From Eledone cirrhosa (taxonomy: Eukaryota), in contig OZ024755.1 in NCBI GenBank assembly GCA_964016885.1, positions 7,378,001-7,442,000 of the forward strand: a stretch of 64,000 nt of DNA, read 5' to 3'. Shown piece by piece: positions 14,492 through 28,752 of this stretch (positions are counted from its first letter, which is position 1; each line of letters starts with the position of its first letter). The notes beneath the pieces are model-generated. The model was not told the DNA's origin. It did no database searches and worked only from the letters and a program-made list of their open reading frames with translations. Both the position numbers and the translations under genes were made by a program.

Positions 14492-17331
14492 CTCTCTCTC
14501 TTTCTTTCTCTCTCTCTTTCTTTCTCTCTCTTTCTTTCTCTCTCTCTTTCTCTCTCTCTCTTTCTTTCTCTCTCTCTCTCTCTCTCTCTCTGTGTTACCG
14601 TCTCATTGTGAGATTAACTTATTAATTGGCCAAAATGTGTGTCTGTGTGAATGTGGACCTGTGTGTGTATACGTGTGGGAGAAAAATAGAGAATGAATTA
14701 CTGTCAGTTTGCCAGTGTATGTATGTATGTATTTATTTATTTATGTATGTATATATGCATACACATGTGTTTGTATATATGTGTGTGTTTATGTGTATGC
14801 GTGCCTGTTACTTGTCTGAGAATGAGAGAGAGAAAGTATGTATATGTGTGTATGCAAGTATGTGTTTGTCTCAGTGTTTGACTGTGTGTTTGTAATTATC
14901 GTTTCATTGTGTCTTTAACATTAATTATCCAAAACATATCTACATATGTGTGTTTGTGTGTGCCTGTGTGTGAGACTGTTTGCGTGAGTGTGTATCTGTG
15001 TTTGTGCATGTCTGTTTGCGATTGTGTGTGAGACTGTGTGTCGGTGTGTTTGATTGAGTGTGTGTTTGTGTTTGTCTGTGTTTGTGTGTGTCTGTGTGTG
15101 TCTGTGTGTGTCTGTGTTTGTGTGTGTCGGTGTTTTTGTGTGTCTGTGTGTGTCTGTGTTTGTGTGTGTCTGTGTTTGTGTGTATATATGTGTGTTTGTG
15201 TGTCTGTGTGTCTGTGTGTGTCTGTGTGTATGTGTGTGTCTGTGTGTATGTATGTCTGTGTGTGTGTGTGTGTATATGAACATGAGTGGTTGGATGTGTG
15301 TGTTTGTGAGTGTGTGACGGTGTATGTGTATGAGCGGTTGTATATATATATCCTGTATGTATATGTGTGTATATACGTGCATGTTTGTATGTGCATGAGT
15401 GGTTGGATGTGTGTGTTTGTGAGTGGTTGTATATCTATATTCGATCGTTTGATTGTGGGTCTTGGTTTACTACATCAATTATCCAAAAGCTGTTTGTGTT
15501 GAGAGGAAACTAAAATTACGTAAAGTATCCGGTAGATTATACAGACAGAAGCCATCATTAAAGATAACATCGGAGTTTATGGTAGATTGTTGTTACTAAC
15601 TTTCAACAACTTCACCAACGACACCTAAAATATTTAACACGTCTACATACACCTATTTGAGAATGCACCTGACTTAGTGGTTAAGATGTTCATCTACCAT
15701 TCATAAAGTGGCGAGTTCGATTTCCAGAGAGTAAAATATCCGATAGATAACAGAAACAGTAACCAGCAGTGAAGATAATATCACAGTTATGACATATTGT
15801 TACACTTCTAACACTTAAAATGTATTACAAATCTACACACACGTATGTATGTATGTATGTTTGTGTATGGCTGAGTGGTTAGGGTGTTCGGTTCGCAATA
15901 GTAACGCGTTCTCCTCTAACAAGGTACATTATTTCACGTTGCTCCAGTACAATCAACTGGGAAAAAATATGAGTTAGAGATCTATAATTCAAAGGGGTGG
16001 CTTCGTCACGTTTAGTTGCGCAGAATCTCCCTGAGAGCAATATCTGGCGGTGAACATACACTTAAAGTATCAAAGATGTAAGAATTCCCTCCAATCATTG
16101 CGCTTATATTTATATACTTTTAATCATTACAATAGATTATCAGAATCGTTAGAGCGCCAGACAATATACTTTGCGGCATTTCTGAGTTCTAATCTGGTCG
16201 AGGTCAACATTACCTTTCATCTCACCAGGATCGATAAAATAAAGTATTATTGAACTACAGAAGTCGATATAATCAACTATGCCCTCTTTGCAGATATTGC
16301 TGGCTTTGGGCTTAAAATAGCAGCCTTTGTATTTATAAAAGGGACCGTAGATTGGCAGTATCGGTAGAGGGTCGGACACCATGATTTGACGCATAGAGTT
16401 ACGGCCATTGCCATTCTGAGTTCAAATGCCGCCGAGGTTAACTGTGCATTTCATCCTTACGGGGTCGATAAAATAAAGTACTAGTAATGTACTGGGTAAT
16501 TGCTGGCCTTGTGCCAAAAGTAGAAACAATTATATTTACAAAACGCTACATCATTACAATGTAACATAAACATGTTATACTCGTACGTATTCAGTGAGGC
16601 GCCAAATTAGTTGTCTTTTTTTTAAATATTTTTTAATCCTCTTCTATATTTGAAACTTTGGTAGTCATAGAAGTAGAGTCGATCTTGAAGAGACAGGATT
16701 CTTGCCTTGGTTCTTAAATTATAATAAATCAATAGCTTCAAGTGGAGAAATTTAAAAAACAACAAACATTTGAAAATGGGTTGGTCCTGGGAGGCAGTGA
16801 ATATGGCAGAAGTGATAGTTGAATGTGTTGTCATAAGGCATTTCTTTCTGTATATATATATATATATATATGGATTAATACATATATATATATAGATGTG
16901 TGTGTACATATACGTATATATACATGGTTTTATGCTATACATTACAAGATATTAAGGCATTGTTGTCTCGATAACATCGTTTAAGCATACATTCTGATAT
17001 GATTTTTTTGCACCTACTTTCATTGAGCCGTTATGGTATAACAACGAGGTCAAAATTATTGTATAGCGATCTAAAATCCCGTGTATATATATATATATAT
17101 AAGATAATAATAATAATAAATGTGAAAACTAAAATCCGAAGATCCCGTTAAGGGTGAAAGCAACGATTCTTTGCTTAATCTGTAATCTGTTATTTTAATA
17201 TATATATAGAGAGAGATAGGTAGAACACTGGAAGGTAATATCCGTAGTGGTAGAGCACTCAGTCCATGGGACAAGTTAGGTAGAAGTGGTTACACAACAG
17301 TTAGTTCACCATATCGAGAACAATTGTTTCA

Positions 17332-17369
17332 CGAGCTGAGGATCCGCTAAGGTGAAACAATTGTTCTTG
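17332..17369 (+). ncRNA. Minimal hammerhead motif at the centre of a palindromic mini-element
   Basis: CGAG-CUGAGGA-UCC-GCUAA-GGU-GAAA-CAAUUG-UU^CUUG, with palindromic CAAUUG as stem III. Confidence 0.55.
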
Positions 17370-17397
17370 GTATGGTGAACTAACTGTTGTGTAACCA

Positions 17398-17489
<92 letters not shown>

Positions 17490-18689
17490 TGTAACACAAA
17501 TTCCTGTCGTTTTGTTATTAAGAAGTGATATAGCACCGGCGGGAATGTATGTTACAACCCTATATATATATATAATGCAATGTGTGAGTGTGAAAATATA
17601 TTAATGACCTGCATTATGTATATATATATACGCACACGAGTTCAAAACAAATTCTAATTTATATAGTATGATCCAATTTCTTTCCGTGTACTGTATATTT
17701 TCATGTATATATAAGAAAACATTAGGTATGATTTCAACCTTTGAACATTTTTTTCTTACATAACCTGATTTGTACTGAAGTTAATAATTTTGTAACTTCT
17801 TCTTATCTTTCCGACACACATACTCTCTCACACAAACGAACACACTCACCTACTCACGAACACACTCACATACTCACTCACACACTCACATACTCACTCA
17901 CACACTCACATACTCACTCACACATTCACATACTCACTCACACACTCACATACTCACTCACACACTCACATACTCACGAACACACTCACGAATACACTCA
18001 CACACGAATACACACACACACGAGCACTCACGAACACACACACGAATACACACACACACGAGCACTCACGAACACACACACACACACACACACACAGGAA
18101 CACACACACACACAGGAACACACACACACTCACACATATGGCAAATATGGGTGTTGGTAGTTGGAAAATAATGAAATTGTGAAAAAAATTATTATATATA
18201 ATAGAGAAAGAGGCGTCTCTTTGCCGAATGAAAATGTTGATGTAATAATAATTCCTACCTCTAAATTCTCCCCCACCCTCTTTGTGTATGTGTGTATATA
18301 ATATATATATATGTATATATACATACATACATACACACATACATATATATATATACACACATACATATATATATATACACACATACATATATATATATAC
18401 ACACATACATATATATACATATACACATACATATATATACATATACACATACATACATATATACACATACATATATATACATATACATACATATATATAT
18501 ATATACACACACATATATATACACATACACATATATATATATACACACACACATATATATATATTATACATATATATATATACATACGTACATGTATATA
18601 TATACATACATACATATATATATATACATACATACATATATATATATTCATATACATATATATATACATACATACATATATATATATTC

Positions 18690-18720
<31 letters not shown>

Positions 18721-20213
18721 CATACATATATATATATATTCATACATATATATACATATATATAAAGTCACACATACACACACACACATACACACACACG
18801 CACATATATATATATATCCACGTGTGTATGCTCTGTTATATTTTTAGATGCTCGATAGTGATGGAACTTTCCACAACCATTGATTATTGACACGTGTCAT
18901 GTACCATGCATTTGCATTTTCAAGCATTCTGCTGTCGTCTTCAATTCTTTCTCATGCTAAAATGTCTCTATCGATTAGTATCCATCGATTACCACTAACA
19001 CATTGAATATGAGAACATGTGTACTTTGAGCACACAATTATTGAATGGAGAAAGAATCTTATGAACATGTATTATTAATGTTTATATTAATGTGGCCACA
19101 AGTATGGCTACGTGGTGAAGAAGCTTGTTTCCTAATCATAATAGGGTTGTGTAGGACCTCCGTCGGTTCCGACGACGAATGTACTACTTCGGTACTTCGT
19201 ACAACAGACGAACCTACTCGTGAAATTAACGCACAATTGGCTGAGTATTCCCCGTACGTGCCACCCAAAAGTAGTTCCCAGGGAGATTCGCCGTGGCTCA
19301 GTGTATGACATCTTATGCAAATATATTTTTAAACTTAATATTAATGTTGAAACAAGCATTGCTAAGTGGGTAATAAGTTCGCCTCGCAATCATTAGCTTC
19401 ATTAAGTCTCAGATACAATTCTGCTGCGTGGAATCTCGGGCAAAATGTAACATAATTAGTTACACATTGTGTTCTTGTGGAAAACACTTCATTCCGTTGT
19501 TCTAGTAAACTCAATGAAAAATTAATGCCAATGAAAACCGGGATAAGCTTGGCCTAATAAACCTCGAGACTCGAGGCACACATAACTTAATCTCGGTTAG
19601 CTTTCTTTATTATAGCCTTTCGTGTGAAACTGAGCAGTTTCTGGGAGTTAACTCTGCGAAAGACTGGCGATCAACTGGCGTCCTGTGCAGGAGAGACGTC
19701 TTGTACTCGTCACTTAATGCCAATGAGATTCGGATAAGCACCGGCCAAATGAGATTCCAGGCTTGAGACAGTCTTAACTTAATCCCGGTTAAACGGTTTT
19801 TACACTGTCAAAGAGAAAAACAAACACTAATAGTTTAGCAACTCTAATAGTTTAGCAAATATTTACTTGATGAGTGACCTGGGACAACGTTAAATAATTT
19901 ATCTTGCTTAAGGACAGAACACCACATATAGTTCAGGATTCAAACTCACGAAAATAAAATCGTGAATCCAACACCGTAGTCTCTATGCTATGGGCTTCAT
20001 AATGTACATACGGTAAGTGGGTAAATATATGAAGCGAATCGCTCAAAGGGAACACAAGAACTAACTTGAATTCAGACGTACTCCCCTAAAAGCCTTTGTG
20101 AAAAGAACGAAGTCCATAAATCTCAATATACATCTCTATAAATTAGCTGACATTTTCTTAAATAAGAAGTCTACAGAAAGACAAGCTTGTATATATATAT
20201 ATATATATATATC

Positions 20214-20265
<52 letters not shown>

Positions 20266-20297
20266 TATTTATATATGTATATATATATATATATTTA

Positions 20298-20328
<31 letters not shown>

Positions 20329-20411
20329 ATGTATATATATATTTATATATGTATATATATATTTATATATGTATATATATATTTATATATGTATATATAT
20401 ATTTATATATG

Positions 20412-20442
<31 letters not shown>

Positions 20443-20467
20443 GTATATATATATATATATATATTTA

Positions 20468-20550
<83 letters not shown>

Positions 20551-20551
20551 G

Positions 20552-20634
<83 letters not shown>

Positions 20635-20657
20635 GTATATATATATATTTATATATG

Positions 20658-20693
<36 letters not shown>

Positions 20694-20754
20694 TATATAT
20701 GTATATATATATATTATATATATTTATATATGTATATATATATATTTATATATG

Positions 20755-20790
<36 letters not shown>

Positions 20791-20882
20791 ACGAAGGAAA
20801 TGTGGTAAGGAACCAGGTGGACCATAACGCACCAAAGTACTCAATACTTGAGGTAGTAGAGTGGGTAATAGGAACCAGTAAG

Positions 20883-20976
20883 ACCCCGACAGCTGAGCTC
20901 AAGCCGTTTCGACGGCTAATTCTGGACTAAATGAACATTTATCCTGGTATTTAAATAGCCGATCTTCTCAAGGGGT
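20883..20976 (-). ncRNA. Type I hammerhead ribozyme (U3-A8 variant) in the 3' pLTR
   Basis: Reverse complement of 23647-23740. Confidence 0.75.
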
Positions 20977-22070
20977 AATTCCATATATGGTCAAAGTGAT
21001 TGTCAAAAATCAGTAGTAATTCTGTGGTTGCAAATTAGTAGGGGAGATGGTGGCTAAACCTGCCAGTAGGAGAAAGAGGGGAGGGGGTGGAGTAGACCCA
21101 ATCAAGCGTTGGTAGTGCCAGCTACAGCTGGGCATGAGGTCAAAGAAGATACAGGGGAGGGGGAGGGGGAGGAAGTCGGAACGGTAGGTAGAACAATGGG
21201 GGGTAAAAATAGGAAAGAAAAAATACTGAGAGTGAAGAAAAGCAAATAAGTGTAAAGAAAAAATTAAATTCTACGACCTAGGTGTCAGGCTATTGTTAGG
21301 CGTAAAATAAAGAAAGAAAGAAAGAAGTAAATAAATAAATAAATAAATAAATAAGGAAATAAGTAAAAGAACTAGGTGGGACGAATTAGGCAAGGACCCT
21401 TTTAAGAGGTATAAGTACGTAAATGATACGGTGACTGGTCAACAAAAGGGGCCAAAATACTAAAGAGACTACCACGAAATAAACAATAAAGGTTTCCATC
21501 CCGGGCCAGCAACGACCCAGTGCAGCAAAGTGAACTTGTACGACATAATAATTCTGAGTCCCGGGAAAAATATATACTAATGCTAACTCTAAAAGATCTA
21601 AAACAAGCTACATGAAAGTTCGTACGAAATAAAGGTAGAATACGGAGAAATAAGTTCAGAATCCACCCCGCCCAGAAGAAAAGCGAAGCAAGAAATACTG
21701 AAACGAAAAAATAAGGCATAAGTGCCACTAAGAAATATAGAGGGCACAGAGAATAGTGGGAGCGGTCGGAAAAGGGGGGCAAGTATCCGGGGTCTAAGCC
21801 AACTGCTATAAAGGGCGGAGTCCGCCAAATCTATCAAAGACTAGGGGAGGGGGGAGTGGGGGTACTAAGGCTACATGGGGCCAAAGGGCAGCCTCGGGTG
21901 GGCGAGAAAAGACGCCGACAAAGGAGAAGAGCTGGGGTAGAAGGACAAAGGAGAGAGGGGGGAAGGAAATAAAGGATGCGATAAAAGAATACAAAGAAGA
22001 TCTTACGTCTTCCTTGGCAAGCAGGGGTTACCCATTGCAAAATCGGCAACTGGGGTGTTATAGCCCTAGT

Positions 22071-22754
22071 CTACCCCCCCGGGTCATTATGGGGTTTGAG
22101 GGCGAGGTAAGTCCTACGCAATCTATGTTTACATGCAGTAACCAGTTCATCTTTCTTGTTTAGGAGTTGGTCCGTCGAAAACAGCATTTGTAAAGTTTCC
22201 TCCGAGCATAAATTGCACGGACGGCGTCCTCCCGTGTAAGAATTGGCTCTGGACAGTAATCTCCAAGTGAGATCATAGGTGATGTTGTTGTCCTTGAGGT
22301 CCCATATGTGGCCCGAAAGTGTAGTGGCGTGACGCCGGGCCGGGTTTCGGAAGGTATGTCTATGTTGGTATAGCCGGGTCTTGAAGTCACATGCGGTAAG
22401 TCCTATATAGGCTTTGTTGGAGGTATCCGTCCTCACGTTGCACTGGTAGATCACATTACGGTCTCTGCATCTATTGTCGAGTGGGCAAATAGATCTATCC
22501 GGGCAGTTACACCTCCTGGTCGGTTCTCCACTGCTATTTAGGTTATTTCTGCCATCGGGGTTGAGTTTTTTGTTGTTAGAGGAGACGATGTTTTGTGCGA
22601 AGTTTGGTGTAGTGCTGTAAGAGAGTTTGATGGTATTTTTGTTAATTATGTTGTGGTAGCGGTGTTGTAATGGGAAGTGTTTTTCAATGAGCCTAAAGAA
22701 TAGTTTCCCGATGGGAGTAGTCACCTCTGCGTTGTGGGGAGGATTGAACCATGT
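22071..22754 (-). pseudogene. PLE ORF C-terminus: linker, CxCx5C knuckle and GIY-YIG endonuclease (RT lost by 5' truncation)
   Basis: Uninterrupted frame with WFNPP..HFP..H..KLSYS, CNCPDRSICPL, VIY..AYIGLT..FKTR..H, TTLS..W, CNLCSEE, LN..E..CKH. The ORF-track start at 22763 lies in the inverted arm and is artefactual. Confidence 0.9.
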
Positions 22755-23646
22755 TACCCCCACTCCCCCCTCCCCTAGTCTTTGATAGATTTGGCGGACT
22801 CCGCCCTTTATAGCAGTTGGCTTAGACCCCGGATACTTGCCCCCCTTTTCCGACCGCTCCCACTATTCTCTGTGCCCTCTATATTTCTTAGTGGCACTTA
22901 TGCCTTATTTTTTCGTTTCAGTATTTCTTGCTTCGCTTTTCTTCTGGGCGGGGTGGATTCTGAACTTATTTCTCCGTATTCTACCTTTATTTCGTACGAA
23001 CTTTCATGTAGCTTGTTTTAGATCTTTTAGAGTTAGCATTAGTATATATTTTTCCCGGGACTCAGAATTATTATGTCGTACAAGTTCACTTTGCTGCACT
23101 GGGTCGTTGCTGGCCCGGGATGGAAACCTTTATTGTTTATTTCGTGGTAGTCTCTTTAGTATTTTGGCCCCTTTTGTTGACCAGTCACCGTATCATTTAC
23201 GTACTTATACCTCTTAAAAGGGTCCTTGCCTAATTCGTCCCACCTAGTTCTTTTACTTATTTCCTTATTTATTTATTTATTTATTTATTTACTTCTTTCT
23301 TTCTTTCTTTATTTTATTCTCGCCTAACAATAGCCTGACACCTAGGTCGTAGAATTTAATTTTTTCTTTACACTTATTTGCTTTTCTTCACTCTCAGTAT
23401 TTTTTCTTTCCTATTTTTACCCCCCATTGTTCTACCTACCGTTCCGACTTCCTCCCCCTCCCCCTCCCCTGTATCTTCTTTGACCTCATGCCCAGCTGTA
23501 GCTGGCACTACCAACGCTTGATTGGGTCTACTCCACCCCCTCCCCTCTTTCTCCTACTGGCAGGTTTAGCCACCATCTCCCCTACTAATTTGCAACCACA
23601 GAATTACTACTGATTTTTGACAATCACTTTGACCATATATGGAATT

Positions 23647-23740
23647 ACCCCTTGAGAAGATCGGCTATTTAAATACCAGGATAAATGTTCATTTAGTCCA
23701 GAATTAGCCGTCGAAACGGCTTGAGCTCAGCTGTCGGGGT
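23647..23740 (+). ncRNA. Type I hammerhead ribozyme (U3-A8 core variant) in the inverted pLTR
   Basis: ACCCC-UUGAGAA-GA(U)CGGCUA...UAGCCGUC-GAAA-CGGC-UUGAGCUCA-GCUG-UC^GGGGU. Stems I, II and III all pair; predicted cut after 23735. Confidence 0.75.
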
Positions 23741-23800
23741 CTTACTGGTTCCTATATATATATATATATATTTATATATGTATATATATATATATATTTA

Positions 23801-23859
<59 letters not shown>

Positions 23860-24078
23860 ATGTATATATATATATATATTTATATATGTATATATATATA
23901 TATATTTATATATGTATATATATATATTTGTATATATATATATTTATATATGTATATATATATATTTGTATATATATATATTTATATATGTATATATATA
24001 TATATGTACATATATATATATATATATGTACATATATATATATATATATTTATATATGTATATATATATATATATTTA

Positions 24079-24125
<47 letters not shown>

Positions 24126-24238
24126 GTATATATATATTTATATATATATATGTATATATGTATATTTATATATATATATTTATATATGTATATTTATATA
24201 TATATATTTATATATGTATATATATATTTATATATTTA

Positions 24239-24269
<31 letters not shown>

Positions 24270-24320
24270 ATGTATATATATATATATATTTATATATGTA
24301 TATATATATTTATATATTTA

Positions 24321-24379
<59 letters not shown>

Positions 24380-24428
24380 ATGTATATATATATATATATT
24401 TATATATGTATATATATATATATATTTA

Positions 24429-24691
<263 letters not shown>

Positions 24692-25169
24692 AGAATATAT
24701 AAATATATACATGTCTAAATTATATGTTGTATTATATATGCAAGAATGTGTATGTAGGCTACAAATAAAAGGAAATTAGAAAAGAAAAATTGCCGCAATA
24801 AATGAATAAAGAAGAAAATGGTGAATATGTTCAAGTTTGTGTGAAATTGTCTGAAATTGTACGGTTTGCTGGGTTGAAAGTGGATTTCAGATAGGAAGCA
24901 ATGAGAAAATGTATTGATTTCCAATCTCATGTGTTTTGGAATAACTGAAGTGTAAAGAAAAGACGGTATCGCTGGATTTCCTGTTGTTTATACAAGTGGA
25001 AATCTAGCAGGTTCTACGGTAGTTTTTCACGTGGATTGACGTAACCATATGGAGGAGAGAAAAGAAATAACGAAACACGTGGTGCGGTGTCCACCAAAGA
25101 ATATATTTTGTCTTGAAATAATTTTTGCCATACATTCTAAATTTCATTACTTATATTATATAACATAAT

Positions 25170-25226
<57 letters not shown>

Positions 25227-25230
<4 letters not shown>

Positions 25231-25290
25231 ATGTTTCAGACCCCGACGGCAGAGCTCAAGCCGTTTCGACGGCTATTTCTGGACTGAGTT
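25227..25290 (-). mobile_element. Solo ~60-bp pLTR fragment (3' half of the hammerhead)
   Basis: gaccccgacggcagagctcaagccgtttcgacggcta matches 20882-20918; adjacent to (TA)n. Confidence 0.75.
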
Positions 25291-25802
25291 AATATATAAC
25301 AAGCATACTATGTTAATATATGACAAGTATAATATATATCTATGTATTTATATGTACATACCTTTATATATGTATATATATATATGTATATATATATATA
25401 TACATATTTGTATATATATACATATTTGTATATATATACATATTTATATATATACATATATATATGTATATACATATTTGTATATATATATACATATATA
25501 TATATATATAAATATATATACATATTTGTATATATATATATATATATATATACATATTTGTATATATATATACATATATATATATATAAATATATATACA
25601 TATTTGTATATATATACATATATATATATACATATTTGTATATATATACATATATATATATATACATATTTGTATATATATACATATATATATATACATA
25701 TTTGTATATATATATACATATATATATATACATATTTGTATATATATACATATATATATATACATATTTGTATATATATATACATATATATATATACATA
25801 TT

Positions 25803-25855
<53 letters not shown>

Positions 25856-26544
25856 ATAATGTATACATAAAAGCGTGTGAGTGTCTGTGTATATGTGTGT
25901 GTGTTATACAAGTATAAGTGATTAAAGTATAAACAAGAAATATATTTTAAAAATAAGAAAGACTTTCATGTAGACGATCAAATTAAAGTTATTTCTTCCG
26001 ATAATATTCTGTCTTACTTATTGTTTGGAGAATAACATCTACGTTGGCCACTTGAAATTGATTTTTCTCTTTAATCAATAACGTAACCCTGTTGGAAGAA
26101 CTGGAAAAAAAAACGATGTCTCGATTTTTTTCATATTTTTATTTTTATTTAAAATAAAATTTCCGGATGACTGTGTAAGTATGTGGTTAACATGATATCG
26201 AATATGTAAAATATATACTGTTTTCTTTTCTCTACTTGTGTCTGATAGATATTTATATTTTCTGTAGTTGTTGTTTTTGTTTTTGATCTTGTAATGTTTT
26301 CTTTCTATAAGATTCTCGATAGTTCTGAATATTCTCCGCTATTCGGCCATTTTAAATCGTTTAAGTTCTGTCTTTGTTTCACTTTCGATTTAATATTGTT
26401 TCATTATTTATTTCGTTGTTTTGTACACCTATTTATATGCTTTCTGAAACAACCAAAATCGAGTTGAGCAAACCAGTGCATTTTCTTGTTATTTGGTCAT
26501 AAATACAGTAGGTATATGGTCTTTTATATGACCGTATATAAACA

Positions 26545-26744
26545 GATCAACTCGTGGTGTGAGTAGGTTATGCCTGGAAGGAAGGTTGGCTAGTAAGAGA
26601 AGCATAGGCCGGCAGCCAAAACGATGGCTAGTCAATTCATGCACTGGACTTGATCTTTGCTCTTTGAACTCTGTTGCTGGTGATCGAACTTTGTGGAGAG
26701 AGATATCACATGTTAATGCGCAGTCTGCAACTGGCGGAGTTTAG
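26545..26744 (+). mobile_element. RTE/BovB-like LINE 3' fragment
   Basis: LEG....RSIGRQPKRW...TG....L...A.DRTLWR motif of the RTE ORF C-terminus. Confidence 0.7.
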
Positions 26745-27382
26745 CGTTAGAAGAGGAACAGCAGGTATGGCTGTCTGGTTGGGCAACTTCATTCGTACAT
26801 ATGTGGGTTTTGGTTTAACCACAGTAGTGTCTCTTAAGTCAACTCTCTTAAAACCTCATATAGGGTCGATCAAAGCCAGAGAGTAAAAGTTTGGTAAAAG
26901 GTAACTGTATACAGACACGTTGTATCTTATGCCAACATTGTCTGTTTGCTACTTTCTGTGTTTAGCTCTCTGTCTCTCCCCACTCTCTTGTTCTTAGTGT
27001 GTGCATGTATATATATATTCCAAAGGTACATTCGGAACTTGCGAGACAATGGGGGCAGGAGATAACCATGCACGTGTATTTACAGGAGGTTCAAAAATCC
27101 TGTGCCTTTTACCTCCATATTATCCTTAATTTTTCTACATCCACTGTTTAGAGTTGTGACTATTCAGAAGATACAAGATGCTGTGATGTCAGCGTTTTTA
27201 AGCATGCACGTATTAAAGTAATTTTCTCTGAGCTGAAATATGCCGTAGTAACTCAGATGTAGGATGTTCCCACTCGGTATATCTTTGTAAGTCTGTATAA
27301 CTGAATGAGTCATTATTGTATATTGTAATGCAGAAAATGTTTTATTTATTTATGACTAACTTATGTTGCTTTTATTTGGCAG

Positions 27383-27535
27383 TTCAAATCAGCTTTACGA
27401 AGGCCTGTAGTTGCAGAAGTATCAATTCTTGAGTTAGCAGATAAACTGAATAACCACACCAAGTTCAATTCATACACAAATCCAATCGATATAGCAACAA
27501 TTATTGATCTACTCGGCATGCTGGTCGAGACACAG
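27383..27535 (+). CDS. Adhesion GPCR exon C (GAIN subdomain A helices), phase 0-0
   Basis: Branch point tgactaac at 27353-27360, ttttatttggcag| acceptor, CAG|gtttgt donor. Encodes FKSALRRPVVAEVSILELADKLNNHTKFNSYTNPIDIATIIDLLGMLVETQ, like the latrophilin LA..L...T......D+...+..L helices. Confidence 0.88.
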
Positions 27536-28380
27536 GTTTGTATATACATTTTCACTTAATAATTCTAACTTTTATTGTTTTCCATGTGTTAATTATAAGT
27601 AATAATTAGAGATTTACATCTAGACACTATTTTCTGGAATGTTCAAAGTGTAGCATTATATTTGAGCTGTTTTCATTTCTAGCGTTATGTATATTAGTTC
27701 TATATTTTGTTTTTACCGACATCAACCCCGATCAAGACATTCTATTCAGGACCATCACGTCTTTTTACAGCATCTAGGTAACATTAATTATACGACTCTC
27801 TCTATTTTGAAACGGTAGGGTGTAATTGATATATAACATGCAAATTACTACTAGAGGTATCTACGGTGAGATTAGATTATTTCAAGTGTCCAAGTCCATC
27901 TTCAGCTATAGATTGTAGACTGTTTCAGATGTTGGAAATGGTGGTGAATTCGACAGAAGAATCTGTTGGAAATCAATTTAGTACTTTTAATATATGAGAC
28001 AACGTAGATTTCTTTTCGTCACATTGAAAGCTTAATAAAACAATCTGAAAATGAAGGAATGAAATAAGAGCAGATCAGTGTAAGTATACTTAAGTCACGA
28101 TGTCTTCTGTAATTTATCATACGGCTATTCCTCCACACATTCTCAGTCGTTTTCAAACATATATTAATGTTTTCTTATTGAGCTTTTTATTGTCCATTAT
28201 AAGGTGTATATTAGCGTTTTCAATACAGGATTTATTGCTCATGTTAAGAAATATATTACTCTTTTCCTGTAGAGTTGGCAGAAATCAATATAGTGTCATG
28301 TCGCTTGCAATCACCACGCGGGTAATTAAATCTATATATCATACAGTTGGAGTAACATACATACACACACACGCACGCAC

Positions 28381-28547
<167 letters not shown>

Positions 28548-28708
28548 AACGGAACAAGTAGAACGAGAGAAGTAAGTTTGAAGAAGCAACGGAGGATTGA
28601 ACGTGAGATAATTGATAAAAGAGTGAACAAAAGGTGAAAAGTAAAGACGTGTGGAAGCAAATATTTGCATAGAAATATAAGAAGTGTGTACGAAGCATTC
28701 ACACACAC

Positions 28709-28752
<44 letters not shown>

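Larger units (their letters stand above)
20791..23755 (-). mobile_element. 5'-truncated Penelope-like retroelement (Naiad-type) with inverted pLTR, inserted in a (TA)n-derived microsatellite
   Basis: GIY-YIG ORF fragment at 22071-22754 (-), ~1.3 kb 3' region at 20791-22070, and an inverted copy of 20868-21864 at 22755-23755. The same TATATTTATATATG array flanks both sides. Confidence 0.9.

Noticed and set aside
21402-23217. Duplicated 126-aa and 79-aa hydrophobic ORFs on opposite strands
   Set aside because: By-products of the inverted repeat in a T-rich UTR; no recognisable domain.
20868-23755. DNA transposon with 1-kb TIRs
   Set aside because: Ends are asymmetric (77-bp extra tail), the inner junction truncates the ORF, and the ORF is a PLE GIY-YIG rather than a transposase.
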